Assembly (NCBI GenBank): GCA_012295275.1
Contig: CM022679.1
Coordinates: 13,826,001 to 13,890,000 of the forward strand
From: Chrysomallon squamiferum
Lineage: Eukaryota; Animalia; Mollusca
DNA: 64,000 nt
Direction of reading: 5' to 3'
The stretch's first letter is position 1; each line of letters begins with the position of its first letter. Of this stretch, positions 24,925 to 38,118 are shown in pieces. Below the pieces are notes generated by a model that worked only from the letters and a program-made list of their open reading frames with translations, did not search any database and was not told where the DNA came from. The position numbers and the translations under genes are program-made.

Positions 24925-27900
24925 TTGAAACTGGTACAAGTGAAATGATTAAAGGATGATGATGAATCTTTTGTTTCTGATTACCTTTTTTTTTCATATT
25001 TCTTACATGAATACTTAACAATGTATTATAGAAATGAAAACAACTCCAATAAAAAAACAAAAACAAAAGTAAGAAATTGTAAGAAATTATAAGAAATTAC
25101 AATCAAATTAGTTATTCAGGTTTAAACTATGCAGAGTATCAACTGATATTAAGGACCAAGAATAAAAAGTACAAATGTAGTGTACCACATTAAATGAAAT
25201 CAATTTTAAATGTTTCAAAACAGCATGAGTATTTATGATACTACAGAAGAAAAAAAATTCTGCATGCTGGTAAAACATTTAGGATTAATATTCTAAGTGT
25301 CTGAAATGAAAAAAATAATTTTTAAAGATTTGTTATTTTTTGTTAAACAAAATAGCTTCTATAAGAGTAAGAAACAAAAATGTTTTCAGTGATCATAAAC
25401 AAGCTCAGACAAATCTTAAATGAAAATTTAGGTGGGAAGAGATGTATAAATGATGCTGATCCAATAATACTTAAAATAATACCAAATAATATAACTGTTC
25501 TAGTGTATAGCCGCCAGTCACCATGCATTCTGAATAACAACTATCCAGAAAATAATAATAATAATTCTTTAAATAAATAAAATAAAAACTATTACACTAA
25601 CATACATTTGTGTGTGTGCAAAATGAAAGACATGTTTCTATGTATAATAAACAGTAAAACTACATACATTGTACAGTGTACATAAAATACAATCTTCATG
25701 TTAACGAACAAATACTACAGTAACGAACATTACTGTTGTTATTGGCCCCAGATTTAATTTTAATTCTAGGGATAAAGAAACAGAATTAAAACTATTGTTG
25801 CATTTTAAAAGTTTTCCAGTTTTATGAAATATTTAATAAATGAGAAACTAAACATTTTGCTCAGTACTGAATCTACAATAAGTATTAGAGGTCTTACAAA
25901 TATGTTAACAGTTAGTTCAAGATTATTCATCCTACAGCTAAAACCTAAAGCTAACACCCTCCATCTTTCCATTCTAGTCCATAAAGTTTATACAGAATTT
26001 AGTGAGGCCTCAAATGTTTGTAACCTAGACAACTGCCTAGTTTTTAACCTGATAGGTAAGTCCTGTTTTTCTTATGGTTATTGATAACTAATAAATTCCA
26101 TTAAAATACTGTACATCGATTGGTATTTTTGTAATATTATTTATATCTGAAAATTATTTATTAGACAAATTTCCAACTAAGTAAAATGTGGGCTTTGTTT
26201 AGAAAAAAAAGAAGGAAATTCTATTAATTATTTTAGTTTTCATGTCAAACTACAGTTCAGTCAGCACATTTCTATCCATGCATATAGCTGGATTGTTTTT
26301 TGTTTTTCATAATTTTAAATAAACAAATAAATATAAATTAATCTTTTAAATAACAGAACAGAAATATAAATGATAAATGCCACAAAGTTTACATATTTCT
26401 GAGACAGATGTGTATTTATTAATTCAATGACATCTAGAGATCAAATTCAGTAAATAAAAGTGCAGTTTACCTTAATTATTAAAAACTTCTATATTTAATT
26501 TTTAAGCAATAACTGTTATAAAACAAAACTGAATGGGCCATATTTTGAAATAGTTATTAACAATCCCAGATCAGACAATTTATTAATATCATCCATTTTT
26601 GATGTCACTGAACTGTATCAAATTTGCTTAATCCAAAGCCATCAATTATTAGTATTACACTGGAGTAATGAGAAGAATAAATTAAAATTCATATTTAAAA
26701 TATTAATATCTCAGTTGTCTTACATATTTTTATCTTATTATTATTTATTAGTCCCTTAACAGTCTGTTAAATTTATTATTTTATTCCAGACTGCAGTATC
26801 ATAAAATTATTGTTGAAAAACTACAGAGTATGACTTTTGGCAGTATACAAAATATGGATTTCCTTTCAATTACCAGATTTAGTATTATCTTGAAAAATAA
26901 ATAAAGTATTCATTTAAACTCTGCTTAAAGCATTTCAGAATAGTGCTGTTTTTCAAAATTTTAAAACAATATTAAAATGAAACAATTTAAAACCAGAACA
27001 AAAATTCAGTTGAAGTAACATTTAAGCATGATATACTCAATGTAATAATAACTAAAAAATATTGTGTATAAATATCTATATAAATAAATAAATAAATAAA
27101 GTAATAAATAACATCAATGCATTAAACAACATTTAAACTTCTTACTTGTTAAAGTTTTTAAAAAAAAATGGTGAAATTAAAATTATTTGCTATGGTAGCT
27201 TTTAAAGGATATAATTTTTAAAATTAATTATAACTAAGCTTCATGATAAGCCAATCCCTGACTAGAAACTAAAAAATATTAACATTGCACTACAAAACTG
27301 GGACAAAGCAGGAAATTATATAACACAAAACATTTTTCACCAATGTTAAAAATACTGTAACATATTCAACATAAATATTTTAAAAATAATTTGCTGCTTT
27401 GAAATATTTAAAAAAATATTTAATGCAATAATAAATTCAACTATAAAACTAAAATTAAAAATTATTTTTGAAGAAATTTTAGAGTGGAAAATAATAAAGC
27501 AAAGCAAAAAAAAAAATAATAATAATAATAATAATAATAAATTTAACTATGAACAAAATATATTTTTCAGTATTAAACTAATATTGCTTTCATCAGTTTA
27601 AAACAAATAAAAGAAAATACATGTATCCAGGTAAATTATAAACATGTCACTCAGCTCTAAATCAATATTAAATTATATAAAAATTTAACACAACTCAATA
27701 GTTGCAACATTGTCTATTGATAACTTCAAAATCATATTAAAAAATAATAATAAATACCACTAATAATTAAATTAAAATATAGATTCTACAGTAGTGGCAA
27801 AAATTAAAAAAATAGAATGATTTCTCACAATCTGCAAATGACAAAAACAACAGACAAACAAAAAAGTAATAAAAAATGCCATTTAGCACAACACATTTGC

Positions 27901-28594
27901 CATTGAAATGAGGTCTGAAAATTATTAACAAAATGAGCGAAAAACTTGTTCAGGTTTATACAGAATAATTATAAAGTCAATGTGCAATTTTAAAGTTTGT
28001 TAACTTCTGATTTACACATGGCAGAAATGATCCGTTAAAAGGACAAGAGAAGATAATTTGTGAATATTTAAATATAATTTATTGAGATTCATGCCTTTCA
28101 ACATGTCCACTGTTGTCATTGTGGATACAAACTGTGATATGATTCAAAAGTTCTAGAAATACATTTTATCTGATTTTCAGTTATACCATAAAGATGGTGG
28201 TTACTTTGAAAATTAAGAATCTCGACACTAGATACGTTTAAAAATAAAACAAATTTGGTTTTCTCTTAACATTTTTCATAGATCAGATATCATACATTTT
28301 TTTTAAAATTCCACAAGGACTTTAAAATGACCATGTATATCTCCACCCTGACATACCTGATTTTATTTAATATACATCACATTTATCATGTAAGCAGTAT
28401 GTAATCTATTCAATGAATAATATAAATTGCTTTATTGTATCTGCACACACATGAGCAAGCATGCATGCAAAGAAAAAACTGTGTTCTTAAGTCAAATATA
28501 ACCAAGAATCTATTAAAACTTTTAAGAATCTTAAAAATTAAAATAAGCTCCAGACCTCAACAGCCACTGAAGCTGTTCAAAATCTGAGACACAG

Positions 28595-28975
28595 TAAAAC
28601 AGAAGTCCAATATTTAAAATCGCTTGTCTTAAATACATTGAAACATCATGTGATTAATGTCCAACAATTCATTAACTGTATTATAAAGTGAGATCCAGTA
28701 TTTAAAATCTCTTGTTCATCACAACTACAAAGTCACATACTTGAATATTTAAAATGATTTGTTCATTATATGTTAGAAAGTCCAATACACTTGAATGATC
28801 ATATACTTGAATTTTAGTCCAAAATTTTAAATCGCTTGTTCATTAATTCTGTTACTGAGCCAGATACTCAAATTTTATTATTTTTTAATTAACCTCTAAT
28901 ATTAAAACTCACACATCTCTTAAATCTAGTAGAAAGTTGTATACACTTGAATTAAAGTGCACTATTTAAAATCAC
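28595..28975. repeat. Degenerate short repeats (core AGTCCAATATTTAAAATCGCTTGTTCAT)
   Basis: Variants near 28604, 28692, 28745, 28816 and 28958 with irregular spacing. Confidence 0.55.
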
Positions 28976-29466
28976 ACACACTATCTATATCACTCTATCT
29001 ACTCTTCATTTAACTTCTTGTCTCTGACAAAACTTTTTGAGTATTTTCCACACAAGATAAAAAAGAAAAATACAGTAAAAACTTTTGCCATGTGTCAACA
29101 TGCATCTCTGCTCACCAGTCCTTTGACCAGCAGCTCAGCTGGTATAAATATTTAACTGTGAGTGTATTCAGAAGCATGCGAAAATTAATTATTTGTATTT
29201 TCTGTCTTATTTCTATTTAAACAAATATTAATTTATCCATTTACAAATCTCTGTACAATTACATTATCAAGATTGACATAAAATAATTTTTGGGATAAGT
29301 TACCGAAAAACTTCATCTACAAGAAATTATCAACACATACCAGTGAAGAAGATAATGATATACAAATACAATAACAGACAAGATAAAGTTAGTTGTTTAA
29401 ATAGTTGTTTTCAGATCATAAGTTTGTAGGCTAGCAAAAAATGCAGCTCGGTCCTGTCAGCTCTGT

Positions 29467-29539
29467 TTACAAATAGGTGTCAACAGTCTGATCATTCACA
29501 TAGCCATCTGCTTCAGTTTCATTACAGTTTGGAGGGTGC
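29467..29539 (-). CDS. PSD: Predicted distal alternative terminal exon of PSD/EFA6 (R-HPPNCNETEADGYVNDQTVDTYL*)
   Basis: Acceptor TTTTGTTTTTCAG|G. Its phase 2 matches the internal donor GATAG|GTACAG at 43465/43464. The frame is open for 23 codons and ends T-Y-L-stop. Confidence 0.65.
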
Positions 29540-31515
29540 CTGAAAAACAAAATATATTGATGAAATGCAAGTAAAATATACAAATGAATTTAAACGAACT
29601 GTCAAGAGAGATGTTTATCATAAACATATATTGTATACTGTTCTTTAAAAAAAATATCACTGTCACTGTTTTTGCTGGTTATTTTTACAATTATTTTATT
29701 TTTACATTCTTAAAAAAGTTATGACGAAAACATTTACCAGTTTTGTTCCGTTTTCTTTCTTTCCATACACCCACATATTCCCACACATTGTTAGTTAAAT
29801 ATACAATCAAAAATAACTCGATACATACTTATAATAAACATATATGTAGCAGTATTACTGAAACATCTTTAAAATGCTTATTAGTACTATTACATCTAAT
29901 CTGAAAAAATACAAAACATGTTACAAGCTTAATGTATTTTTCATTAAAATTTGTTTTTAAAATATTCTGTAAGAAAGCACCATTCACAATGTGTATATAT
30001 GATTAGATAAATTTTTCATGAATATTTTCAATACGAAACAGGATTTCAGCAATTTGTAAAAAATACTACAGTATTTCATTTTTCTGAAGTTATTTATTTC
30101 CCAATGTAATAGAGAAGTTATTTTGTGAGTGGAACACACTGATACATGCAACTCTCTGTTTAACATGGCAATTCATTTTAATTGATTCATGCATACATAT
30201 CAACATAAGCATTAAGTTTTTCACATAACAAGTTTTTGTCATTTACTTCATTCAACTAAGTCTATTATTAATTTGGTGAACTTGTTATAACTGTTACATG
30301 GTTATAAATTGATGTCAGATACCAAACATCTAGCAAAAACAATTAAAAAATAACAAACAAAAAAATCTCCCATCTGGTTAGTGTTATTATGACATGAACA
30401 CTATGAAAGGTGCAAGTTGCTACAAATTTCTTCACATTAAATATTTAATGTTTACCTGTGAGTGTTCCAAGTGTTGTATATTAATATCTGACATTGATAA
30501 TTGTATAAAAAGCCAAGTTTTTAATCAAACATTTAAATATGGGTAACAGTGTTTTCTTAAATTTAAATAAATTTTAAAACCATCTTCAGTTCTGGGAATT
30601 TAGAAATATTTTTTAACATTAGAATAAGATCTCCTATTTCAAAAAATAATTATGTTAACAACTTTAATATACATTTATGTGTATATATATATATAAGGAC
30701 CATGTTGTACAGTATCGCTATTTTTTTTTTTTAAATAGAATATTAGCAGATATCATGTTTCACTGTTTTATCTCTACAAGTGTAACTGTAATTGAAGAAT
30801 CTCAAATTTCATGATAACTCTGTACTAGCTTGCACATTAACTAGAGTGGAATTCAATATTTCAAATTTCATCGCATCTACATAAGATGATGTTAGTTAAA
30901 TTAGAGATTTCAAATCAAACAATGATCAATTCCAATTCTAGTGTAATAACTAGTGATGATTTATATAAATACAACTAATTACATTGTTATTATATCTGTA
31001 TTTATAACTGATTTAAAAAAAACAAATTCCTAAAATTCAGCTTAACATTTGTTTTAAAACAATTATTATTATATTATTATCATTATTATTATTTTATTAC
31101 TAGTGCTAGTACTGTTATTATTGCCATTGTTATTGTTATTATTATTGTTGTTTTTATTCACTTGATCCACAGTACTATTATAATAACTTAAAACAGTTTA
31201 GTTTAGCCAGTGAAAGTTCACTGTTGTTGATGACAATTAGCTATGATAATGTGCAGCCAAATTTAAACTAATTTATCAATTGTAAGTAAGCTGATCAGTA
31301 TTACTGTGGTGAGATTACAGCTAATACTTTTTATATTTAAAGCTAAAAATATATCAAAGCTGTTTTTAGTGGCAAAGTTATATTAATATATGCATGTAAA
31401 ATATCTGTCCTGCAAAAAATTATCAATCCACTAATAATAGTAATTTAAGCAGTAGTAATAATGAGAACAAAACAACAACAATAATAATAAAAATGACAAT
31501 AAAAATAACAATGAA

Positions 31516-31551
<36 letters not shown>

Positions 31552-32196
31552 CATCATCATCATCATAATCATAATAATCACAATCACAATCACAATTATG
31601 ACAATAACAACAATAATTTAAACAAACCCAGTTAAAAAAAATAACAACATAAATATTAAAGATTTAATGTGCATAAAAGACAATATTCATGTTAACAGCA
31701 AAACACTTAAACAATGTTTATGTAAGTACAAAAAAAAAATCACAAAATCACATCAAAGTGTATTTTATAAATTGTAAGGTGACTTCAGAGTGAAAATAAA
31801 AGAACAAAAACCCACAAGTGTAGCATGTCCACAGAAGAGAAACCAAGAAACTGTTCGTTACAGTGGAAATCTAGTAGAATCAGTGAAACAAAATGCTCTT
31901 AAATAACCTACCTTTGTTAACAACACACACCACAGTCCAGCCTTATAGAATATTTTACATATTTGTATTGCACTGACTTAAAGAGAACCTTTTTAAAATC
32001 CCCTCAAGTTTTTCTTTTTTTTATCACTGCTTTTGTTCTTACTTTTTATCACATTCTCTGTATACAATTCAAAATGGCTAATTTATTAAACAAAAACAAA
32101 AAAAAAAATCTTTTATTAATGAAATTAACTTACTAAAAAGTTAAGCTTGAAATAACTATTAACATCACAAATGAACAGATTTTTATTAATAATATC

Positions 32197-32241
<45 letters not shown>

Positions 32242-32673
32242 TTCATCTTACCTTCAATAAAATTTAATTTAATCAACAAAAAATATTGTATTACTGTTAA
32301 TTGTATTTTAACTAAAAAAATAAAATTTTAATAAGTTAAAAAATTAAGTTAATGTTAAACCAAACAAGGCAAAATTGCAGTGTAGATAATTTACTTGGCA
32401 ACACAAATAGGTGCTATTAGTATGAAGTAACAGTCTGATAACATAACAAATGATGCAGATTTTTAAAAATCAACTTTTTCAGTTATTTCAGGTTCTGGCT
32501 TATTAAGGACATGTTCTGCTGTTCTACTGATACTAGTAACATGCAAACTAAAATTCACTATCTAGTAAAAAAAAAAACATAAGTAGTAAAAATGCTGTTC
32601 TAAACTACCATGACTATCTAGTAGCATTATTCAAGAACAACAACAACAATAAATAAATAAATTGATATACAAA

Positions 32674-32704
<31 letters not shown>

Positions 32705-32724
32705 ATATACAAATAAATATACAA

Positions 32725-32760
<36 letters not shown>

Positions 32761-32984
32761 AAAAATAATAATTCATAAACAAAAAAATATTAAATAAAAT
32801 AATAATTACATAATGCATTCTGATTCACCCTATTTTTAAAACAAATATTGTGAAAACTACTTAAGTTTTTAATCTGAGATAAACAAAAACAACAAAGAAA
32901 TTACTTTAAACAACAAAAACACAGTTTTGACCCACACAGCTGGAAGAAAAACAAGTTGTCTACAATGGTGCAATGTCAAAGTAA

Positions 32985-33620
32985 TTTTTTTTACTAAAAT
33001 GGTAGAAATAAAACTGGTTTTGACTAAAATGGCTAAATAGCAAAAGGGATTTTACTAAAACGGCTATAACAAATAAAGGGATTTTACTAAAACGGCTATA
33101 ACAAAGAAATTATTTTTACTAAATCCAACATCATTAAAGCTTGTAAAACACAAAAAGATAGTGTCTAAAGTGAACTCACCATAAAAAACAGCTAATAAAA
33201 TATAAAGAAAATTAAATTGGCTAAGTGACTAAAGAAAATGTCTGTTTTCACTAAAACAGCTAATATGGCTAAACGTAAACCATGATTTTGACCAAAATGG
33301 CTAAAAGAAAAGCATGATTTTAGACATAAAAAGCTAAAAAAAAAAGCATGGTTTTAACTAAAGTGACTAAAAGTAAAAAAAATTTTGTCTAAAAAAGCTA
33401 AAACAAAAGCATGGTTTTGACTAAAATGACTAAAAGTAAACATTATTTTGACTAAAAAAGCTAAAAGAAAAGGATGGTTTTGACTAAAATGACTAAAAGT
33501 AAACATGGTTTTGACCAAAGCAGCCAAAAGTAAACCATGTTTTGACCAAAATGGCTAAAAAGATAACATGGTTTTGACTAAAAAGAAAGCTAAAAGAAAA
33601 ACATGGTTTTGACCAAAAGT
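32985..33620. repeat. Degenerate ~31-bp minisatellite (approx. AAACATGGTTTTGACTAAAATGGCTAAAAG)
   Basis: TTTTGAC/TTTTAC-TAAAA recurs about every 31 bp (e.g. 33415, 33446, 33478, 33509); roughly 20 copies. Confidence 0.85.
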
Positions 33621-33733
33621 GGCAAAGGCATTAGAAGCACAGTAAACAAGCTTTACATGACATGTTAAGTACAAGACCAAGCCACAACCTGACATGCAAA
33701 ACATGCTGTTACAAAGAAATCACTGGAACTGAC

Positions 33734-33771
33734 CTGCTACTTTGGAAAATCCATTCGACGCTACAGGTATG
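33734..33771 (-). other. Candidate 38-nt cassette exon of PSD
   Basis: Pyrimidine-rich tract with TATGCAG acceptor and CAG|GTCAGT donor. Open in phase 2 (S-IPVASNGFSKVA). GCATG and TGCATG lie within 45 nt downstream of the donor. Confidence 0.4.
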
Positions 33772-34460
33772 CTGCATAATAAACTCAACAAGAATGAAAA
33801 ATAGCACACACAAAAAAAACACAACAATAAAAGATAAACGCTGCAAACATATGCATGATGTTATTAAATAATCATTATTTTTAAAAAAAATAAAAATAAA
33901 AAGTATGAACGAAAATAATGTATGTTGTATGTTAATAAAACTAGAAAAAGAAACTAACTAGTTTCTGGATGTAAAGAAATCTGATGAGACTAAAAATTAA
34001 AATGTTGATTAATGCTGTTAAAGAATACACAGTGATTACTGAATACATGAATTATTATTATTATTAAAAGAAAATTTATCAAATTTATGTTTAATATAAT
34101 ATTAAATTGCACACTACTGTTATTAAATTATAAAGTTATACCATTTAATTATATATCAGCATTATTAATTTATAAATTATTGATTACTATTATTAAATAG
34201 GACAGGAAGAATCATTTAGATTTAGATAAAATAAGCTATTACACACTAAGGTTATGAATGTAGATAAATAAATTTGCAAATAAGAATGATGATTCAAAGA
34301 TACTGTTAAAATACTGAAAAAACTAAAGTTTAAATTGGGAAAGACTGACTTTCTGTAAAATTATTGAAACTACTGTAGATAATATTTCCACATGAAAAAA
34401 AAATATAGCCTATATTAAAATAATAATTTTATTATTATTTTTTTTTTTTAAACTAATGTT

Positions 34461-34494
<34 letters not shown>

Positions 34495-35394
34495 AATATG
34501 CATGATTCATTGTAGATATTTTTTTTTTTTTTAATTTTATTTTAAATAATATCAAACCTCATTTTTATTTCAAGATTTTAAAAAAAAAAATAATAAAGAA
34601 AAAACAATGGACTCTTATGTTACCTTAATAACTGAAAATATTTTATTTTATTTTTTAATTTTATTTTTTTTTTTTTTTTTTTTTTTTATGGGAGAAGGTA
34701 TTACATTTTTTGTTTAATGATCTCATGTCTGTACTATTTAACATCTTTTAATTTTTTAAATTTATTTTAAATGTATATAATTTATTACTGCAATTCTTTT
34801 TCTTATTATAATTTCAAAACAGGATTAACTTCTGTTGGTTTGTTAGTGGGGGTCTGTTGGTTTTTTTCCTTCTTTTTTTTAAAATTATTATTATAATTTA
34901 TTTTAAAATTTTTAATTAAATGAATGAAAATGAAAACAAAAGTCACATTCTTGTTGTAAATGCTTTATCTCTTCTCTAGAGGAATTACAGTAACAGACAC
35001 AGAATGATGATTGGAAGAAATCTACAAGTAGTAACCATGGTAACACATATAGCACCAATGCTAGTAGAGACAGATTTAGTAGGGTTATTTACATATATAA
35101 ATAATCACATCAATTCATTATTAATCATGTCTTGATTTTCAGCTAACATGAAAACAGGTTTGTTAGCAAAAGGAATGAACTACAGGTTAAGTTCATAAAG
35201 AATACAGTCTGGATGAACCTTGTAAAAGCATGTTACCACAGTACCATGTTCTGTTAGTGATTTATTTGTTAAAACTATACTAAAAAAAGAAATTTGGCAT
35301 TACAATTATTATAGCATTACACACTGCTTATTTAATCAGAAATGGAATATAAAGTAAATCAGCATTAGGTATGTAATTTGTAAAATTAAATACA

Positions 35395-35426
<32 letters not shown>

Positions 35427-35708
35427 TCTAAAGCAAAACCTAGCTGTGTTTGGATTGACAATCAACAGATGGTGTGATTTATTCAATTTTGACAGTTTTA
35501 AATTTACAAAATGAATTTCAATACAATGTTTGTTTTGATGAATGGCATGTGAAAACTCTTTTTTTATTTAATATTAGAATTTTATTAAAGTTAATTTTAA
35601 ACAAAGTCAGTATTTTAGACAAAGACTAATGTCTGATCATATATATATATATATATATATATATTATTTATTATTTATTATTTTTCTTTTTCTCAACAAA
35701 AAACATTA

Positions 35709-36240
35709 GGGCTCATTTGTTCAAAATCTGGATCACTAACAGTCCTAGACTAAATTGTGACACTATGGGCTAACTGTAAGTAGTTATTAGTAGCTAAAAT
35801 ACAAAATGATTTACCCAAACAATAGGGTATAATGAAAACATACCACAACCAAGATGGTAACTTAAATTATTTTGATTAAAAAAACAAAAAAAAAAAAAAC
35901 ATTTAAATTGCAGCAATTTATAAAATATTAAAATTATTAGGACAACCATTGTCTTAGATGGAACATTTTACTTTAAAATTTTACTTAAAATAAACAAAAA
36001 GTTACAATTTGAAAAACTTTTGATATTCTGTTACATATCACATAATAGATGCTTCTCAGCATTAATTAATTGTTAGCAACACTAGCTAATCTATTAATAC
36101 ACGGCTTTGCTAATCCACTGTTCAGTTAATATTTGAGAATCTTATTTTGTTTAGCTAAAACAATTTTCTAACATAGGAACAAAGTTTATTGGTAATATTA
36201 ACGACAAGTAAGTTACCATAAATTTTGAACAAATGGGTCC
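35709..36240. mobile_element. Non-autonomous DNA transposon (MITE), ~530 bp
   Basis: Left end GGGCTCATTTGTTCAAAAT; reverse complement of right end GGACCCATTTGTTCAAAAT (17/19 match). Flanks are TTA| and |TAA. No ORF inside. Confidence 0.7.
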
Positions 36241-36785
36241 TAATTTAATTTCTGACAAAAAAAAAAAAAAAAAAAAGATAGAATATGAGTCTTGGCATCA
36301 CATTTCATGCACAAGAACATCAAAACTTCCAATGATATGGTTATGTTAGTGAGATAACTGTAAATATCAAAACAATTTAGGAAACACTCAGCACTTGATA
36401 AAAATTCAGTTTCAATCAATATGTCAATCTCTTTAAGGAATGATGATAACTATAAAAGAATTGAAGATCATTTGAGAAGCAGCAAGTGATTGTCTAACGC
36501 TGTAAAATTATGTCGCTAGATTAAACCAATAAGAAAAACAAGGAAATGCATTGAATGGCCATCATGTATTTAGAAAACTTCTGAATAAAATAATAATAAA
36601 ATTAGATAAAGTGTATTGTTAGCCTGGTAAAAAGAAACATGTTTGTTGTTGGTTAGAAAGAACCAGCACATTAAAACAAACCTACAGTTGAACGCTGTTT
36701 CCCATGTATTTACATAATCTCTTATCAAATATCAAAGTTAAAAGCTTATTCTAACACAATATACTCTAATGTTAAGGCAACAATA

Positions 36786-36821
<36 letters not shown>

Positions 36822-38019
36822 ATAAGTTACTAGTATCAAATTAGGCAAAATAGCATTTTCAATGAATAAATTCTTCTATACATTTTTATTTCTTTTTCTT
36901 TTTCTTTTTATTAATATTCAATTTACTCATATTTTCAGTACAAGTTCAAGTTTAACAGCTTTATCATGACTATATCCAATGTTCAAAGTTCAGACTTGTT
37001 CATCTAACCATGATGTGTATGGACAAGATATCTGTCATGGTAATGTTCATTACAAAAGGTGAAGAAATGGGTTCCTAATGTTATAACAATAATGTAATAC
37101 AAATGATGCTGTTTATAACATGTTGGTGTTTCCTATATTATTTTGATAAGGATACAGGTTAGTATTGAAAGAAAATACTTCATACATAATTAGTGTGTAA
37201 TAAAAGCATTTTAAAATAGCATCCCCACCAATTATTAGCACTGTTATTGGCCACATCCAAAACATTTTAAATATAATTTGTAAAAGAACATTTTCAAAAT
37301 TCTGTTAAATGACCACAAATGGAATATTGTATATCTGGAGTTACACACATATCTATAGAAAATAAATGATTTTTTAATTTTAGCAGATGAAAATAACAAA
37401 TAATTAAAGGTGTGTTCATTAAGCAGCGTGCATTTGCAGCTTACTTGCATGTAGGGGGGGGGAAAGAGGTTATTTTGAGATAATAAAAATGTTATGAAAA
37501 AATATGAAATTGAGTTACGATCAGAAAAATATTTGAATGTTTCAGTTATCTGACAGTTAACTGAAGAAATGAGCTTAGATTGGTTAACATGCACAAAATG
37601 TTAGCATTGACTTTCAATTGACAATACATGCATTCATTTCTATATATATACATATATATATATAAAATAGATTTCATAATAAAATATTTCTAAAACATTT
37701 GAGAAATTCCTTCATCCACTAATCATACAAATATGAACTATAAACAATTATCCCACGATATATAATCTTTCGCCCCATAATTTAAAAAAAAAAAAAATAA
37801 TTTTTTTTTTTTTATCAAAGGTTGGGGAATTTATAAGCATAAGTACCATAACAATAACAACCCAAGAAAATTATTCCATCCAAAAAAACAAAAAAAGAAT
37901 TTAGCTTTTCAAAACTAGTGTCCATTGTAATTGGACATTTTCATACTGTAAATATTAGGAGGGGGGAATTAAAAATTAAAACAAATAAATAAATAGATAA
38001 ATTAATTAATTATAAAAAA

Positions 38020-38035
38020 TAATAATAATAATAAA

Positions 38036-38070
<35 letters not shown>

Positions 38071-38084
38071 TTTTTAAAATAATA

Positions 38085-38118
<34 letters not shown>
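38020..38118. repeat. Interrupted (AAT)n microsatellite
   Basis: Read directly. Confidence 0.9.

Noticed and set aside
32985-33620. CRISPR-like array
   Set aside because: Repeats are contiguous and degenerate without unique spacers, there are no cas genes, and the context is a eukaryotic intron.
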